A DNA stretch of 64,000 bases from Eledone cirrhosa. Its lineage: Eukaryota. The number at the start of each line of letters is the position of its first letter. The stretch's first letter is position 1. The notes under the pieces were generated by a model that made no database searches, was not told the DNA's origin, and was given only the letters and a program-made list of their open reading frames with translations. A program made the translations under genes and the position numbers. Location: NCBI GenBank assembly GCA_964016885.1, contig OZ024744.1, forward strand, positions 100,874,001 through 100,938,000, written 5' to 3'. Shown here piece by piece: positions 25,898 through 37,659 of the stretch.

Positions 25898-26916
25898 CCA
25901 GATAGAAAAATGCGTACAGCAAAAAAAGTAATATTGTTGGAATATAAACCTTTAAAAGAATAGGACAAGAAACTAAAATAAAACTTTAAAAGAATAGGAC
26001 AAGAAACTAAGATAAAACTTTAAAGAATTGGACAAGAAATAAAAAATTTTACAATAATATTAGTGGCAAAATTTGTATTGGTAAAAAATCGAGTTCCACA
26101 TTCATAGGCTCTGGGTTCCACATTCAGAGGTCGTCCTCAGACCGGGGGGGATCATTTGATCCTGGTTTGAACACCAATTGGGCCATAACCATACCCCTAT
26201 TTCATCATTCGGCGACACGCCTCGTGTCATGCATAATGTGAATGGACCCATGGGCCCATGAGCACAGATCTTGAGCAGCAGCGGACGGTCTTGTCGTCCC
26301 GCTCATCCTTGATCTTGACCAACCCGTCCATCTTCTCCTTGCATCTTGTCCTTGAGTTCAAGTCCGGCAGTCCAGATGAATGCATGCCACAGCTTTCTGG
26401 TACTGGAAGGGGGAGCAGGAGGACTGGAGGGATGACGGGACAGAGGGAGGGAGGACCGGTGGTTGAGGGAGGTGCTGTAGTCGGTGGTCTGAGTCGACAT
26501 CTTGGTCGTCTTCTCCATCTTCGTCTGGTGTTGCAGGACCAGAAGTGCATTCTTGGAGGAGACCTGCAGCTGCATTGGCCAATTCTTCTTGCACTGGTCA
26601 TTCTGATGGAGCAGAACTGCTCAGCCAACCAACCCCAACCAGAACCAACCGCTCAGGGGCAACGCACAATGAGAGCATGACAATTATTATGCACTAATCA
26701 AGAAGATACTGTGGCATAGCACAGGAAACAAATAAAAAGATTTTGCCACTAATATTATTGTAAAATTTTTTATTTCTTGTCCAATTCTTTTAAAGTTTTA
26801 TCTTAGTTTCTTGTCCTATTCTTTTAAAGTTTTATTTTAGTTTCTTGTCCTGTACTTTTAAAGGTTTATATTCCAACAATATTACTTTTTTTTGCTGTAC
26901 ACATTTTTCTATCTGG
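25898..26916. mobile_element. Non-autonomous long-TIR DNA element (EnSpm/CACTA-like) with a GC-rich decayed coding interior
   Basis: ~175-bp TIRs (25898-26072 and 26740-26916) starting CCAGATAGAAAAATG, with ~30-bp subterminal repeats. The interior is markedly GC-richer. No clear TSD. Confidence 0.75.
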
Positions 26917-27171
26917 TCTACTATTTTTTAAGGCAATGCAAGCAACAACTATCTAATAATTAAATGATCATAGTGAATTACTGACAAGTGATTGACATTT
27001 TTAAGTTATTTTGAGTATAATTGCAATCTGGTTGAGGCAACTGGCTTAATGACTGCATTTGAGATGATTAGTGCATAATAGTGAATTGGTGAAACTTGTG
27101 CATTTCAATGGTGTTACAACAATAGATGTAAGTTATATAGTAGTAATACTTTATCATTTTAACTTTTTAGA

Positions 27172-27528
27172 ATGGACAAAAACCCATGCAAAGAAATGAC
27201 TTTGACTGCAGTGATTCTCTCCAATTTACTTACAAAGCAAAACGTGGTCAAATACCTTATCATCTCTGATAAAATGCCCATTGAATCACTGAAAATCGGA
27301 TGCATGGAATTCCTCATAAAATGCACCTATGAATCGGAAGCCATCACATATATCAATGGATATAGGGAGTTGTTCACACTGGAAGACCATCACTTCATTT
27401 GTGACTTCATCAGTTATCTCCACAATTATCTCAGACACCCAATGCCATTGATGAGAGGTGATCCAATGTGTGAGCATGTAACTAATCTTATAGAAGTTAT
27501 CGACCACCTGGCTTTTAGTGACATTTGA
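27172..27528 (+). CDS. Orphan 118-aa ORF/exon with a BTB-associated BACK-like helical motif
   Basis: Preceded by a polypyrimidine acceptor (tttaactttttAG). LTKQNVVKYLIISDKMPIESLKIGCMEFL fits the N-x3-(I/L)L-x2-(A/S)D-x5-LK-x2-C-x2-F pattern that follows BTB domains (SPOP/KLHL type). Non-repetitive, protein-like composition. Confidence 0.4.
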   Translation: MDKNPCKEMTLTAVILSNLLTKQNVVKYLIISDKMPIESLKIGCMEFLIKCTYESEAITYINGYRELFTLEDHHFICDFISYLHNYLRHPMPLMRGDPMCEHVTNLIEVIDHLAFSDI

Positions 27529-28169
27529 CTGATTTGACTGATAATGATGTATTTTTAAAAAGTATGTGTACATTCTTGTTACTATTTTAAGGCAATGCAA
27601 GCAACAACTATTTAATAAAATTTAAATTTAAAAATGACCATTGTGCATTACTAGTATGATGACAGTTTATTAAGTCGCAAAATTAGTCAGTCAGCCATAG
27701 AACAAGGATCAGGTGGCAAAAACATTGGCAAAAATTTGTCAATTTAAGATTTCCAACATTGTTAAATGAATCATATCTGGTTTGAAGTCAGATTTGTCAA
27801 ATTTTGACCAATTTTCAATGTTGTGAAGATTGGGCAAGTTCAATTTTTGAATCATTTCTTTCATGCAGTAATTAAACTTTTCCAAACGTCGTCATTTCTG
27901 GATTACCTCCCCTAGCGTCACGCTTACTACTCACTCACTTGAACACAAGATTTATCAGCAAACTTTGATTATAAACTTTTTCCCGCTGGACCAAATTTCT
28001 AGATTTTTAAGCCAAAAGATGCGTAATGATCTACTGTTCATGCTCATATAAGTTTTATCTCAGTTAAATAAAGTAGAGCCGCGCTGTACTGTCGTAAACA
28101 GACGATTGCCAACGAAAACACGACCACAACAATATTACTAAACGGACTACCGTCCGTTTAGGATATATA

Positions 28170-28770
28170 TATCATCACCGTTTTACGCCCGCTCTTCAAT
28201 GCTAGCATGGGTTAGACGGGTTGTCCTGTTGTGGGCAGTGTCTAGTCGGCTGACCATGCCTTGCTCATACAGGAACTGATTCTGGCTTGATTTCTACAAC
28301 TGGATGCCCTTCCTAACACCAACTATTTTTACAGTGAGTGCTGGGTGCTTTTTTTCCGTGGCGCCTACACGTCCACTTTATAGTGTGGGCTGGGTGCTTT
28401 TTTGCCGTGGCACCTCCACGACCACCTTGCAGTGGGAGGGTGTGGGGGCATATTGTCTATATGCTTCAGCTTGTACCCATGGGAGGTTGGGTACTCTGTA
28501 TTGCTGCGTGACGCCAGAGGTCACGGTCGTGTGACATCGCCTTTGAGAGGTGTAATTGGGTAAGGTCGGCTTTTATCACCTCATCCAAGGTCATCTTGGG
28601 TCTCCCCACTCCGCGGTTTCCATTGACTTGTAGTGCTCTGCACCTTTTTATGCATCTGTCATCCTTCATACGCATCACATGTCCATACCAACGCAACCGC
28701 CTCTCCTGCACACATCATTTGATTCCTCTTATGCTCAGTTTCTCTCTCAATTCATTTATGCTTTGCCGTA
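28170..28770 (-). mobile_element. RTE family A 3' fragment
   Basis: QERRLRWYGHVMRM...GRPK plus the 3' UTR; close to 35560-36140. Confidence 0.92.
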
Positions 28771-28794
28771 TATATATATATATATATATATGTA

Positions 28795-29175
28795 GAGGTT
28801 ATATTTAATTTTTTGGGATACAACAAGCAAAATATTTTTATAACTGATATAAAGCACTCAACAAATTATTGGAGTAAATATACAATATATTAACAAATGG
28901 AAACTATATTTATAAAGCCATATTTATTTCATTATACATATTTCAAGGGCCACCAAAGCAAATTATGGTGCACTTTCATCAGATAAAATATAATATAGGA
29001 GATTCCAACCAGAATGGTTGCATTTTTTCAGGGTACGTCAATATTTATTTGTAAAACTAACCTATATTATATTTTATCTGATGAAAACGCACCATAATTT
29101 GCTTTGGTGGCCCTTGAAATATGTATAATGAAATAAATATGGTTTTATAAATATAGTTTCCATTTGTTAATATAT
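28795..29175. mobile_element. Fold-back element with hammerhead cores
   Basis: 28890-29000 is inverted to 29062-29172; CTGATGA...GAAATATGTA at 29078-29125. Confidence 0.7.
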
Positions 29176-29208
<33 letters not shown>

Positions 29209-29332
29209 ACTTTAATTGTTCTCAATGAAGGACTTAGGTTGAATATGTTGAAACATACATTTTCTCTTCCCAACAAACGTGGAACTAATGAGTTTTCAAT
29301 GTTTTTCCACCCCTGTGTTTGTCTTGTTTATA

Positions 29333-29577
29333 TCATCATCATCATCATCATCATCATTTTACGTCCGCTTTTCCCTGCTTGCAAGGGTGGTACGGGTCTT
29401 ATTCAGCACAGCATCTCTCCACTCGTCACGGTCCCTCGTCATCTCCACCGTGAGCTTCAATGATCTGAGGTCTGTTCTCACCACCTCCGCCCATGTTTTT
29501 CGTGGTCTACCTCTACCACGTCTTCCTTCAACTGGCATTTCCTGGCACTTCTTCACCCATCGGTCATCCTCCTTCAA
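29333..29577 (-). mobile_element. RTE subfamily B 3' end
   Basis: WVKKCQEMPVEGRRGRGRPRKTW; near-identical to 55946-56165. Confidence 0.9.
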
Positions 29578-29584
29578 TAGAAGA

Positions 29585-29628
<44 letters not shown>

Positions 29629-29818
29629 TCTTCTATTGAATATGTATTTGGTATATATACAATATACCGTCTTTCTCTTATGATATATGGTCCTTTCTCT
29701 CTCTCTCTATAAACATATATCTTTTAATTTGGTTATTATGGCTCTAGATAAAGTCTATTGAGTTTACTTATTGGGAAACACAAAATTCTAAACATATGTT
29801 GTGCTTCGAGTCATTATT

Positions 29819-29852
<34 letters not shown>

Positions 29853-29861
29853 AATATGTAT

Positions 29862-30197
29862 GGAGGCACATGGCTTAGTGGTTAGAGCATTGGCCTTGCA
29901 ATTGAAAGGTTGTGAGTTCAATTCTCAGACCGGGTGCTGTGTTGTTTCCTTGAGCAAGACACTTTATTTCATATTGCTCCAGTTTACTCAGCTGTAGAAA
30001 GATGATATGGACTGGGATCTCTATCATTCCACTGCAAAGTGGTTGTGGAGGTGCCACGGCAAAAAAGCACCCAGCACTCACTGTAAATGAGGTTGGTGTT
30101 AGGAAGGGCATCCAGCTGTAGAAATCAAGCCAGCATCAGTTCCCGTCCCACCCTTGCAAGCAGGGAAAAGCGGACGTGAAATGAAATGAATGAAATG
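29862..30197 (+). mobile_element. CORE-like SINE family 2
   Basis: Full-length copy of 4636-4971. Confidence 0.92.
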
Positions 30198-30224
30198 ACA
30201 CACACACTCTCAAAGTTGGGGTGC

Positions 30225-30905
30225 ACAATATCTGCCGCAATATGAATATTTGGTCAGTTGTACTGCGTCCTGGGTGAAAACCACACTGTTCGCCAGCTAA
30301 CATGGAATTGACAATCTTCCTGCATCTCTTTGCCAGACACTTAGCATAGATTGTACTAGGGAGACTTAACAAGGAGATCCCTCTGTAATTGGAACAAACT
30401 CACTTGTCTCCCTTTTTGAAAATTGGAATATCACTCCTGATGGCCGTTGCTTGGGTACCTTTCCAGAGATCCAGGCTACCCAGCACACATGAGTCAGCCA
30501 GAGAGTACCTTCTCTATTGAAGACTTTTAACATCTCAGGTCAGATTTCGTCATCCCCAGCGGCCTTGCCACATTTGATCTCGTTAACAGCTCTTGTGGAG
30601 GGGATGTCTTATTGCAAAGTCTGCGGATGGTCTGCCAGAACACTTTATTTGCTGATCTGAAGGATTCTAGTTACACTCCAAAGTTCTCCTGTGTCTTAAC
30701 TTTGGTCGTCTTTACTGTCTCTGCTGTGATTCTACATGCCTGCTTGTACTGCCAGGTCAAAAAAGAAGACCTATTTTCAAGCCTAGCTTTGTAGGCCTCC
30801 TTCTTTGACCTCTTGATTGGACCAAGGGGTCCTCCTGCCATCTGGTGCCACACCAAGCCCCATGCCCCTACCACTTGTATCCTTTTTCACTTTGTTGATG
30901 ACATT
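30225..30905 (-). mobile_element. RTE family C fragment
   Basis: LSLPSTIYAKCL...EQCGFHPGRSTTDQIF; homologous to 38640-39300. Confidence 0.82.
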
Positions 30906-31004
30906 CTTAAGAGCTATGGCCAACATCCAAGATGAAACTGACCTGACCTATTTGACCTAGTTCTACACACCAAACAGAATGACCTTCTTTCCTATTTGTT
31001 TTTT

Positions 31005-31940
31005 CTTCTTCTTCATATTCATCACATGTCCATACCAACACAGTCTCCTCTCCTGCACACAACATTGGATTCCTCTTATGCTTAGTTTCTGTCTCAGTCC
31101 GTTTATGCTTCTCTGTTTGCGTATATTATCTTCTACTCACAATGCACAGGTCTCACAACCATGTAACATTGCTGTTCATATGCACACATCAAACAGTCTG
31201 CCTTTCATATTGAGGGAAAAAGCCTTTTGCAGCTAGCAGTAGTAGTAGCTCCCTGAACTTCTTCCATCCCATTCTTACCCTAGTTACTGTACTTTCAGAA
31301 CACTCACCTCTACTGCTAATTCGGTCACCTAAGTAGCAGAAGCTGTCTATTGTTTCTGCAGAGTCCTCCAAGAATTTGATAGTGCTTGTTTCCTGTGGTC
31401 ATTTGCTGCTTACTGTTCCAGTGCAACTGCTACATGTAAATCCTACATTTTTAGCTAAACTACCTGAGATCCCACTACATCTCTTGTGTACCCATAGTTT
31501 GCATATGGGGCAGACGATGGAATTTCTATCTATACTTTTCCTACACACTGAGCAAGGCCAAGGGGATTTGGGTTCTGATTTCTCTTCTACATATTAGGAC
31601 CTTAGTCTTTGTCAGATTGATTTTAAGACTCCTTCTTTCTAGGCCCTGCTTCCATGTTTGGAATTTTTCTCTAGTTCTACCATAAATTCAGCTACGAGTG
31701 TAAGATCACCTGCATACAGAAGTTCCCATGGGCAGCCGGTCTTAAACTCCTCTGTTATAGCCTGTAGGGCAATAATGACTAGGAGGGAGCTAAGGACGGA
31801 TCCTTGGTGAACACCTGCTTTTATGCTAAATTCTTCACTATATTCATTACTAACCCTAACTTCGCTGACTGCTCCTCTATACATGGCTTGTATAGCTTTC
31901 ATAAGCCACTCATCTACTCCTAGTTTTCCAAGCTCCCACC
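31005..31940 (-). mobile_element. Decayed RTE family A fragment
   Basis: KLGVDEWL...GVHQGSVLS...PWELLYAGD...DSFCYLGD. Confidence 0.88.
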
Positions 31941-32000
31941 ATATATATATATAGTGAAAAGATACCAAGGACGATTGGTTACTCCTTCATTACATTTATT

Positions 32001-32090
32001 GGTTAGTGACGCGCGTTTCGCCACTGATCAGCTCAAGGTTCGATCTGTATCGATCTTACCCGACTCTGTAATCTGTGGCTCATCGGACCC
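32001..32090 (-). ncRNA. Putative minimal type-I hammerhead ribozyme (PLE-type)
   Basis: Minus strand reads ggt-CCGATGA-GCCAC-(long loop)-GTGGC-GAAAC-GCGC-GTC-act...AATAAA. There is one deviation in the CUGAUGA box; loop III is palindromic and the cleavage triplet is GUC. Confidence 0.6.
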
Positions 32091-32393
32091 CTTGTAATGT
32101 TAGTAGAAAATGAATACATGTTGTATGATAGTCAGAAGTTCATATGTTGGTCAATAAAGTTTGTTTTGATTGGTGGATTAGTTCATGGGGATGTTTTTGC
32201 CTGTAGTGTATGTGGGGGGGGGGGGGTGATAAGATGGTAGTGACGGTCGCAGGCTGAAGTGGGCAGTGGTGTGAGGGTGCTGGCTGTCGGTAGACAGATT
32301 GGCATGTAGTTGAGGCTGATATTTGTGTGTGGTGTGGGTGTGGTGTTGTTGTTTCACCATAAACACCATTACCGCAAACAACAATCGGCATAA

Positions 32394-32594
32394 CATTTAC
32401 ATTACTCTATATATACCATTGTATTTTCATGGTAAAGGTAAAGGCTTTATCTTACATAATATCGAATCTATGAGATTTTGATATTTATTTTGAGAACAAT
32501 ACCATAACATCAGTATGAGTACCGGTTATAGCTGGTTTGAAGAGAAGAGGTGAGAAAATTTTGGCTGGATATGGCCGGTTTAAATACTAAAGGG
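32394..32594. mobile_element. piggyBac-type MITE, left end clipped
   Basis: Ends TAAATACTAAAGGG|TTAA (TTAA at 32595-32598); body matches 1009-1389. Confidence 0.8.
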
Positions 32595-32739
32595 TTAATG
32601 ATCTGTAACACAAACTTCAAGAAACCAGCTAGCCCCCTGATTACCTACCAATCAGGGTGCGAGGAGGGGGGGGGGAGCATACAAGCCAAAGCGACTTCAT
32701 TCTCAGTTCACTTATGTTACATTGTTCATGAATACTAAC

Positions 32740-33806
32740 ATTAAGCATCCAACAGAGCATATTACTTCATTCCTTTCTAGTCTTAGCTGATCTTCTGTGG
32801 ATAAGGCCCATGTTTCACTGCCATGTAGCATTGCAGTTCACGCACAGACATCATATAGTCTACCCTTCGCTCTACTAGTGAATCATTTTCTTGTCAGCAG
32901 AGGTCCCAACACCCTAAACTTCTTCCTGTTCTTACCTTAGCTATCACACTTTCAGAAAGTCATCTCCAACTGCTGATTAGGTCACCTACATAGAAGAAGC
33001 TGCTAACAAATTCTAGGGTGCTGCTTATATAACTGAAGGAATCTATTTCATGTGTGCTCTTAGTGCTTACAATGTGTACCTTAGAATTTCTGCCCACCCC
33101 TTTCTGACATATCAAGCAAGGCTACTTCCTTGATGGTATCAGCTTTCTGTCCTCTTTCCTTATTAACACTTTTTAACACATTTTTGCTAAGTTTGCTTTT
33201 AGTACTTTCAGTTCTAGATTTTCTTTCATGTTCAGAATTATATAACTCTCCTACAGATTCAGCTATAAGGACTAGGTCATCAGCGTACAGGAATTCCAAT
33301 TGAGTGCCAGTTTTAAATTCCTCTGTGATGGCCTGATGGACAATGATAAACAGGAGTGGACTGAGGACTGAGCCTTGGTGGACTCCCCACCTGCATCTCA
33401 AATTCCTCACTGAACTCATTGCCAATTCTCATTTTGCTAGTTGCACCATTATACATGACATGTACCACCCTCATGAGCTTCCTAAGTAGCCACCAGATTA
33501 CAGAGTGATGGGCTCTGTCAAAGGCTTTCTCCAGATCTACAAATGGTAAGCACATAGGCTTACTCTTAAGAAGAAGGCATCAGTAGTATCCCTACCTGGC
33601 ATAAAGCCAAACTGCATCTCATCTGACTTGATTCTGTCCCTACCCTTTCAGCAACTTCCAGATCTACAAATACTAGATGTAGTAGCTTACTCTTATCTAA
33701 TACCTCTCCTATAGCTGTTCCACCAGAAAGAGGGCGTCAGTAGTATCCCTACCTGACATAAATTCAAACTGCACCTCATCTAACTTTATTCTGTTTCTAA
33801 TTAGTT
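32740..33806 (-). mobile_element. Old decayed RTE family A copy (continues at 36241-36430)
   Basis: FVDLEKAFD, GVHQGSVLSPLLF, LYADDL on the minus strand. Confidence 0.85.
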
Positions 33807-36138
33807 GTGAAGGTAGATGAGGCAGTTAAGGTCAATAGACAGGTATGGAAACAATGGAAGAATGGGGGGAGCAGGGTATATTACATAGAGACCAAGAGGG
33901 AAGCTAGGCGACAAGTATACTTAGCTAGGGGAGAAGCAGAGGATAGAAAATTCAAGCATGTTTTGCAACGTGAGGACCAGAAACAGGAGGTTTTTCAAGA
34001 TTGCGAGGCAGTGTGTCAGAGATAATTGTGATGTCATTGGAGAGAAGTGTATCCGGAATGATAAAGATGAGCTTGCCCTCACAAGTGCTGAGAAGAAAGA
34101 TGCATGGAAGAGCCATTATGATAGATTACTAAATGAGGAGAATGCATGGGAAGAAGAGACCCTACCCTACCCCAAGTAGACCCTATAGAGGGGCCAGCAG
34201 TACAAGTCGGCAGCAGCGTAGTAAGTAAGGCAATCAAAGATATGAAGATGGGGAAGGCAACCGGCCCATCGGGTGTAGCTGCCAAGATGCTGAAGGCATC
34301 TGGGTCTGTAGGTCACACTATAACCACACATATTGTTAACCAGGTAATACTAGGTGTCATACCAAAAAATTGGTGCAGTAGCATCATTGTCAACCGCTAC
34401 AAAGGTAAAGGTGATGCACTAGATAGAGGAAACTATAGAGGTATAAAGCTGATGGACCAGGTCATGAAAGTAACAGAAAGAGTTATAGCACAGTTGATTA
34501 GGGACCGGGTGAAAATAGATGAGATGCAATTTGGGTTTGTACCAGGAAGAGGCACCACTGATGCTCTCTTCAGTGTGAGGCAGTTTCAGGAAAAGTACCT
34601 AGCTAAAAGTAAGCCACTCTACTTGGCATTCGTCGATCTCGAGAAATCCTTTGACAGAGTTCCACGTGCTGTAATCTGGTGGGCTCTTAGAAAACTAGGA
34701 GTAGATGAATGGCTTGTGAAAGCCGTACAAGCCATGTATAGGGGAGCAGTCAGTAAAGTTAGGATTAGCAATGAGTATAGTGAGGAATTTAGCGTACAGG
34801 TTGGTGTCCACCAGGGCTCTGTCCTTAGCCCTCTTTTGTTCATCATAGTCCTGCAGGCAATAACGGAGGAGTTTAAGACGGGATGCCCATGGGAACTCCT
34901 GTATGCTGATGACCTCGCACTTATAGCTGAATCTATGGTAGAACTAGAGAAGAAATTCCCAACTTGGAAACGGGGACTAGAAAGAAAGGGTCTCAAAGTC
35001 AACATGACAAAGACTAAGGTCCTTGTAAGTAGACGAGAAAACAGAACCCAGATCCCCTCAGGAAAATGGCCTTGCTCAGTATGTAGGAAAGGTGTAGGTA
35101 GGAACTCCATTCTCTGCCCCAAATGCAAACAATGGGTACACAAGAGATATAGCAGGATCTCAGGAAGCTTAATTAAGAATGTAGGCTTCACATGCAGCAG
35201 CTGTGCTGGGACAGCAAACAGCCACAGGAAACAAGTACCACCAATCTCTGGGAGGACTGTGTAGAAACAGTAGACAGCTTCTGCTACCTAGGTGACTGAA
35301 TTAGCAGCGGAGGTGGGTGTTCAGAAAATACAATAACTAGGGTAAGAACGGGATGGAAGAAGTTCAGGGAACTACTGCCACTGCTAGCTGCAAAAGGCTT
35401 CTCCCTCAGAATGAAAGGCAGACTGTATGATGCGTGTATCCGAACAGCGATGTTGCATGGTAGTGAGACCTGGGCGCTGAAGGTGGAAGACTTACATAGA
35501 TTAGAGAGAAACGAAGTCTGCATGCTCCGGTGGATGTGTAATAGTAATATACCCGAACGACAAAGCATAAATGAATTGAGAGAGAGACTGAGCATAAGAG
35601 GAATCAAATGCTGTGTGCAGGAGAGGCGGTTGCGTTGGTATGGACATGTGATGCGTATGAAGGATGACAGCTGCATAAAAAGGTGCAGAGCACTAGAAGT
35701 CAATGGAAACCGCAGAGTGGGGAGACCCAAGAAGACCTGGGATGAGGGGATAAAAGCCGACCTTACCCAATTACACCTCTCAAAGGCGATGACACACGAC
35801 CGTGACCACTGGCGTCACGCAGTAATACAGAGTACCCGACCTCCCATGGGTACAAGCTGAAGCATATAGACAATATGCCCCCACACCCCCCACCGCAAGG
35901 TGGTCGTGGAGGTGCCACGGCAAAAAAGCACCCAGCCCACACTGTAAAGTGGACGTGTAGGCGCCACGAAAAAGCACCCAGCACTCACTGTAAATGAGGT
36001 TGGTGTCAGGAAGGGCATCCAGCTGTAGAAATCAAGCCAAATCAGTTCCTGTATGAGCAAGGCATGGTCAGCCGACCAGACACTGCCCACAACAGGACAA
36101 CCCGTCTAACCCATGCTAGCATGGAAGAACGGACGTAA

Positions 36139-36176
<38 letters not shown>

Positions 36177-36189
36177 CGACGACGACGGC

Positions 36190-36243
<54 letters not shown>
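33807..36243 (+). mobile_element. Best-preserved RTE family A LINE (5'-truncated): RT, PHD-like finger, C-terminus and 3' UTR
   Basis: ORFs 33958-34179, 34146-35264 (NYRGIKL, QFGF, FVDLEK, GVHQGSVLSPLLF, YADD) and 35411-35860; few frameshifts; (GAC)n/(GGC)n tail. Confidence 0.96.
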
Positions 36244-36968
36244 CTGGTCCATCAACTTGATTCCTTTATAGTTAATTCTCTCCTGCACAACTCCTTTGCT
36301 TTTATAGCAGTTGACAAGTTGCTGCTATGTCAGTCATTGGGTACGACACCACCGTGTAATTTACTGTGCAAATGGCCTACCATACCAGTTATTTTCAGCA
36401 TCTCGCTAACAATTCCTGATGGTCCAACTGCTTTTTTTTTTTTTTACTTTCATACATTTTATGTTTACCAACTATACTGCTGCAGCTTCCATTGAGTATG
36501 ACACCATTCTGTACTACTTTATTGATTAGTCATATATATATACATGTCCATGCATGCATCCACTTGCATCCCCCACATACAGTATATATATATATATATA
36601 TATTGGTCCAAATCTAAACAAGATCTCGTCCTCACTTACTGAGTGGGGTGGAACTCATGAGATCAGACCAAGGAAACAGTGTTTCCATTGGTCTTTCCAA
36701 TTGCTGATACTATCTACCAGTCACATTTCCTGGCAAAAAAATATACATCATATATATATGTTTGTGTATATAAACACTGCATATACAAAGGGAGCCTCTT
36801 GCTTAGAGAGCATATGCAGCTTTTCTCTTTATGGGGTTGGCAGGTGGGTGGCTAAGTGTGGGTAGGGTGTTAGAAAATATGGAACTGGAATTTAGTTTTG
36901 GTGGTCATATGTTGGCTGAGTTTAAGGTATTCTATCATTAAGGTTTTACAGTGAAGATATAGTTATCA

Positions 36969-37470
36969 TCTATATACATAAATGGCAATTTCTGTCTGTT
37001 TGTTTGTTTGTGAACCTAAAACCCCAAAAACTACCAAACCGATCTTGATGAAACTTGACATGTGTGTCGGGCTCATGCCCATTTGATTTCTTACATATAT
37101 TTCATTTTAATCAAAGGGTTCCCCAGGGGCTCAAAAAATTTTTCCCTTTGATTTATATGAAATTCAAACCATAGGTAAATGACAAGATATGATGCCTATT
37201 CACAAAATTTCAGCAAATTTCAATAATATTAAGACACCCTAATGGGGGTTCTATTTTTTTTCCTTATAGCAACACAACTTCTCTGACAAACATTTTGTTG
37301 CCTGGCCAATGCAATCAACAATATTTGTTTGTATTATTGTTTCGTAAAAGAATTTGTCTTCGCTTTTGATTATCTGTCCTATATTTTGATTTCATTTTTG
37401 GTCTGAGAGGACATTTTAATGGGAACTGGGAATACCCCAGCTCCTGAGTATTACCGGGTACCTCAGCTAG
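36969..37470 (+). mobile_element. Non-autonomous Helitron
   Basis: A|TCtatatacataaat... 5' end with (TTTG)n; imperfect subterminal hairpin cctgagtattaccggg, then CTAG|T 3' end; no TSD. Confidence 0.8.
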
Positions 37471-37659
37471 TAATATAAATTACTAAATTGAGAATGACAG
37501 ATCTCTAAAACATTGCAATATGGCTGGGAAAAGTAAAAACATCCATATCACATCGTCCTTTATGTGGGTTTAACAAAGGACATGTTCAGGATTTAGGTAG
37601 AGGGGCCTGTTTGAAAAATATATTGTTATCTTTAATCAATACTCCAAGAACTGGCAATG

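Noticed and set aside
34619-35730. Long antisense ORFs over RTE copies
   Set aside because: Shadow frames of the LINE ORF.
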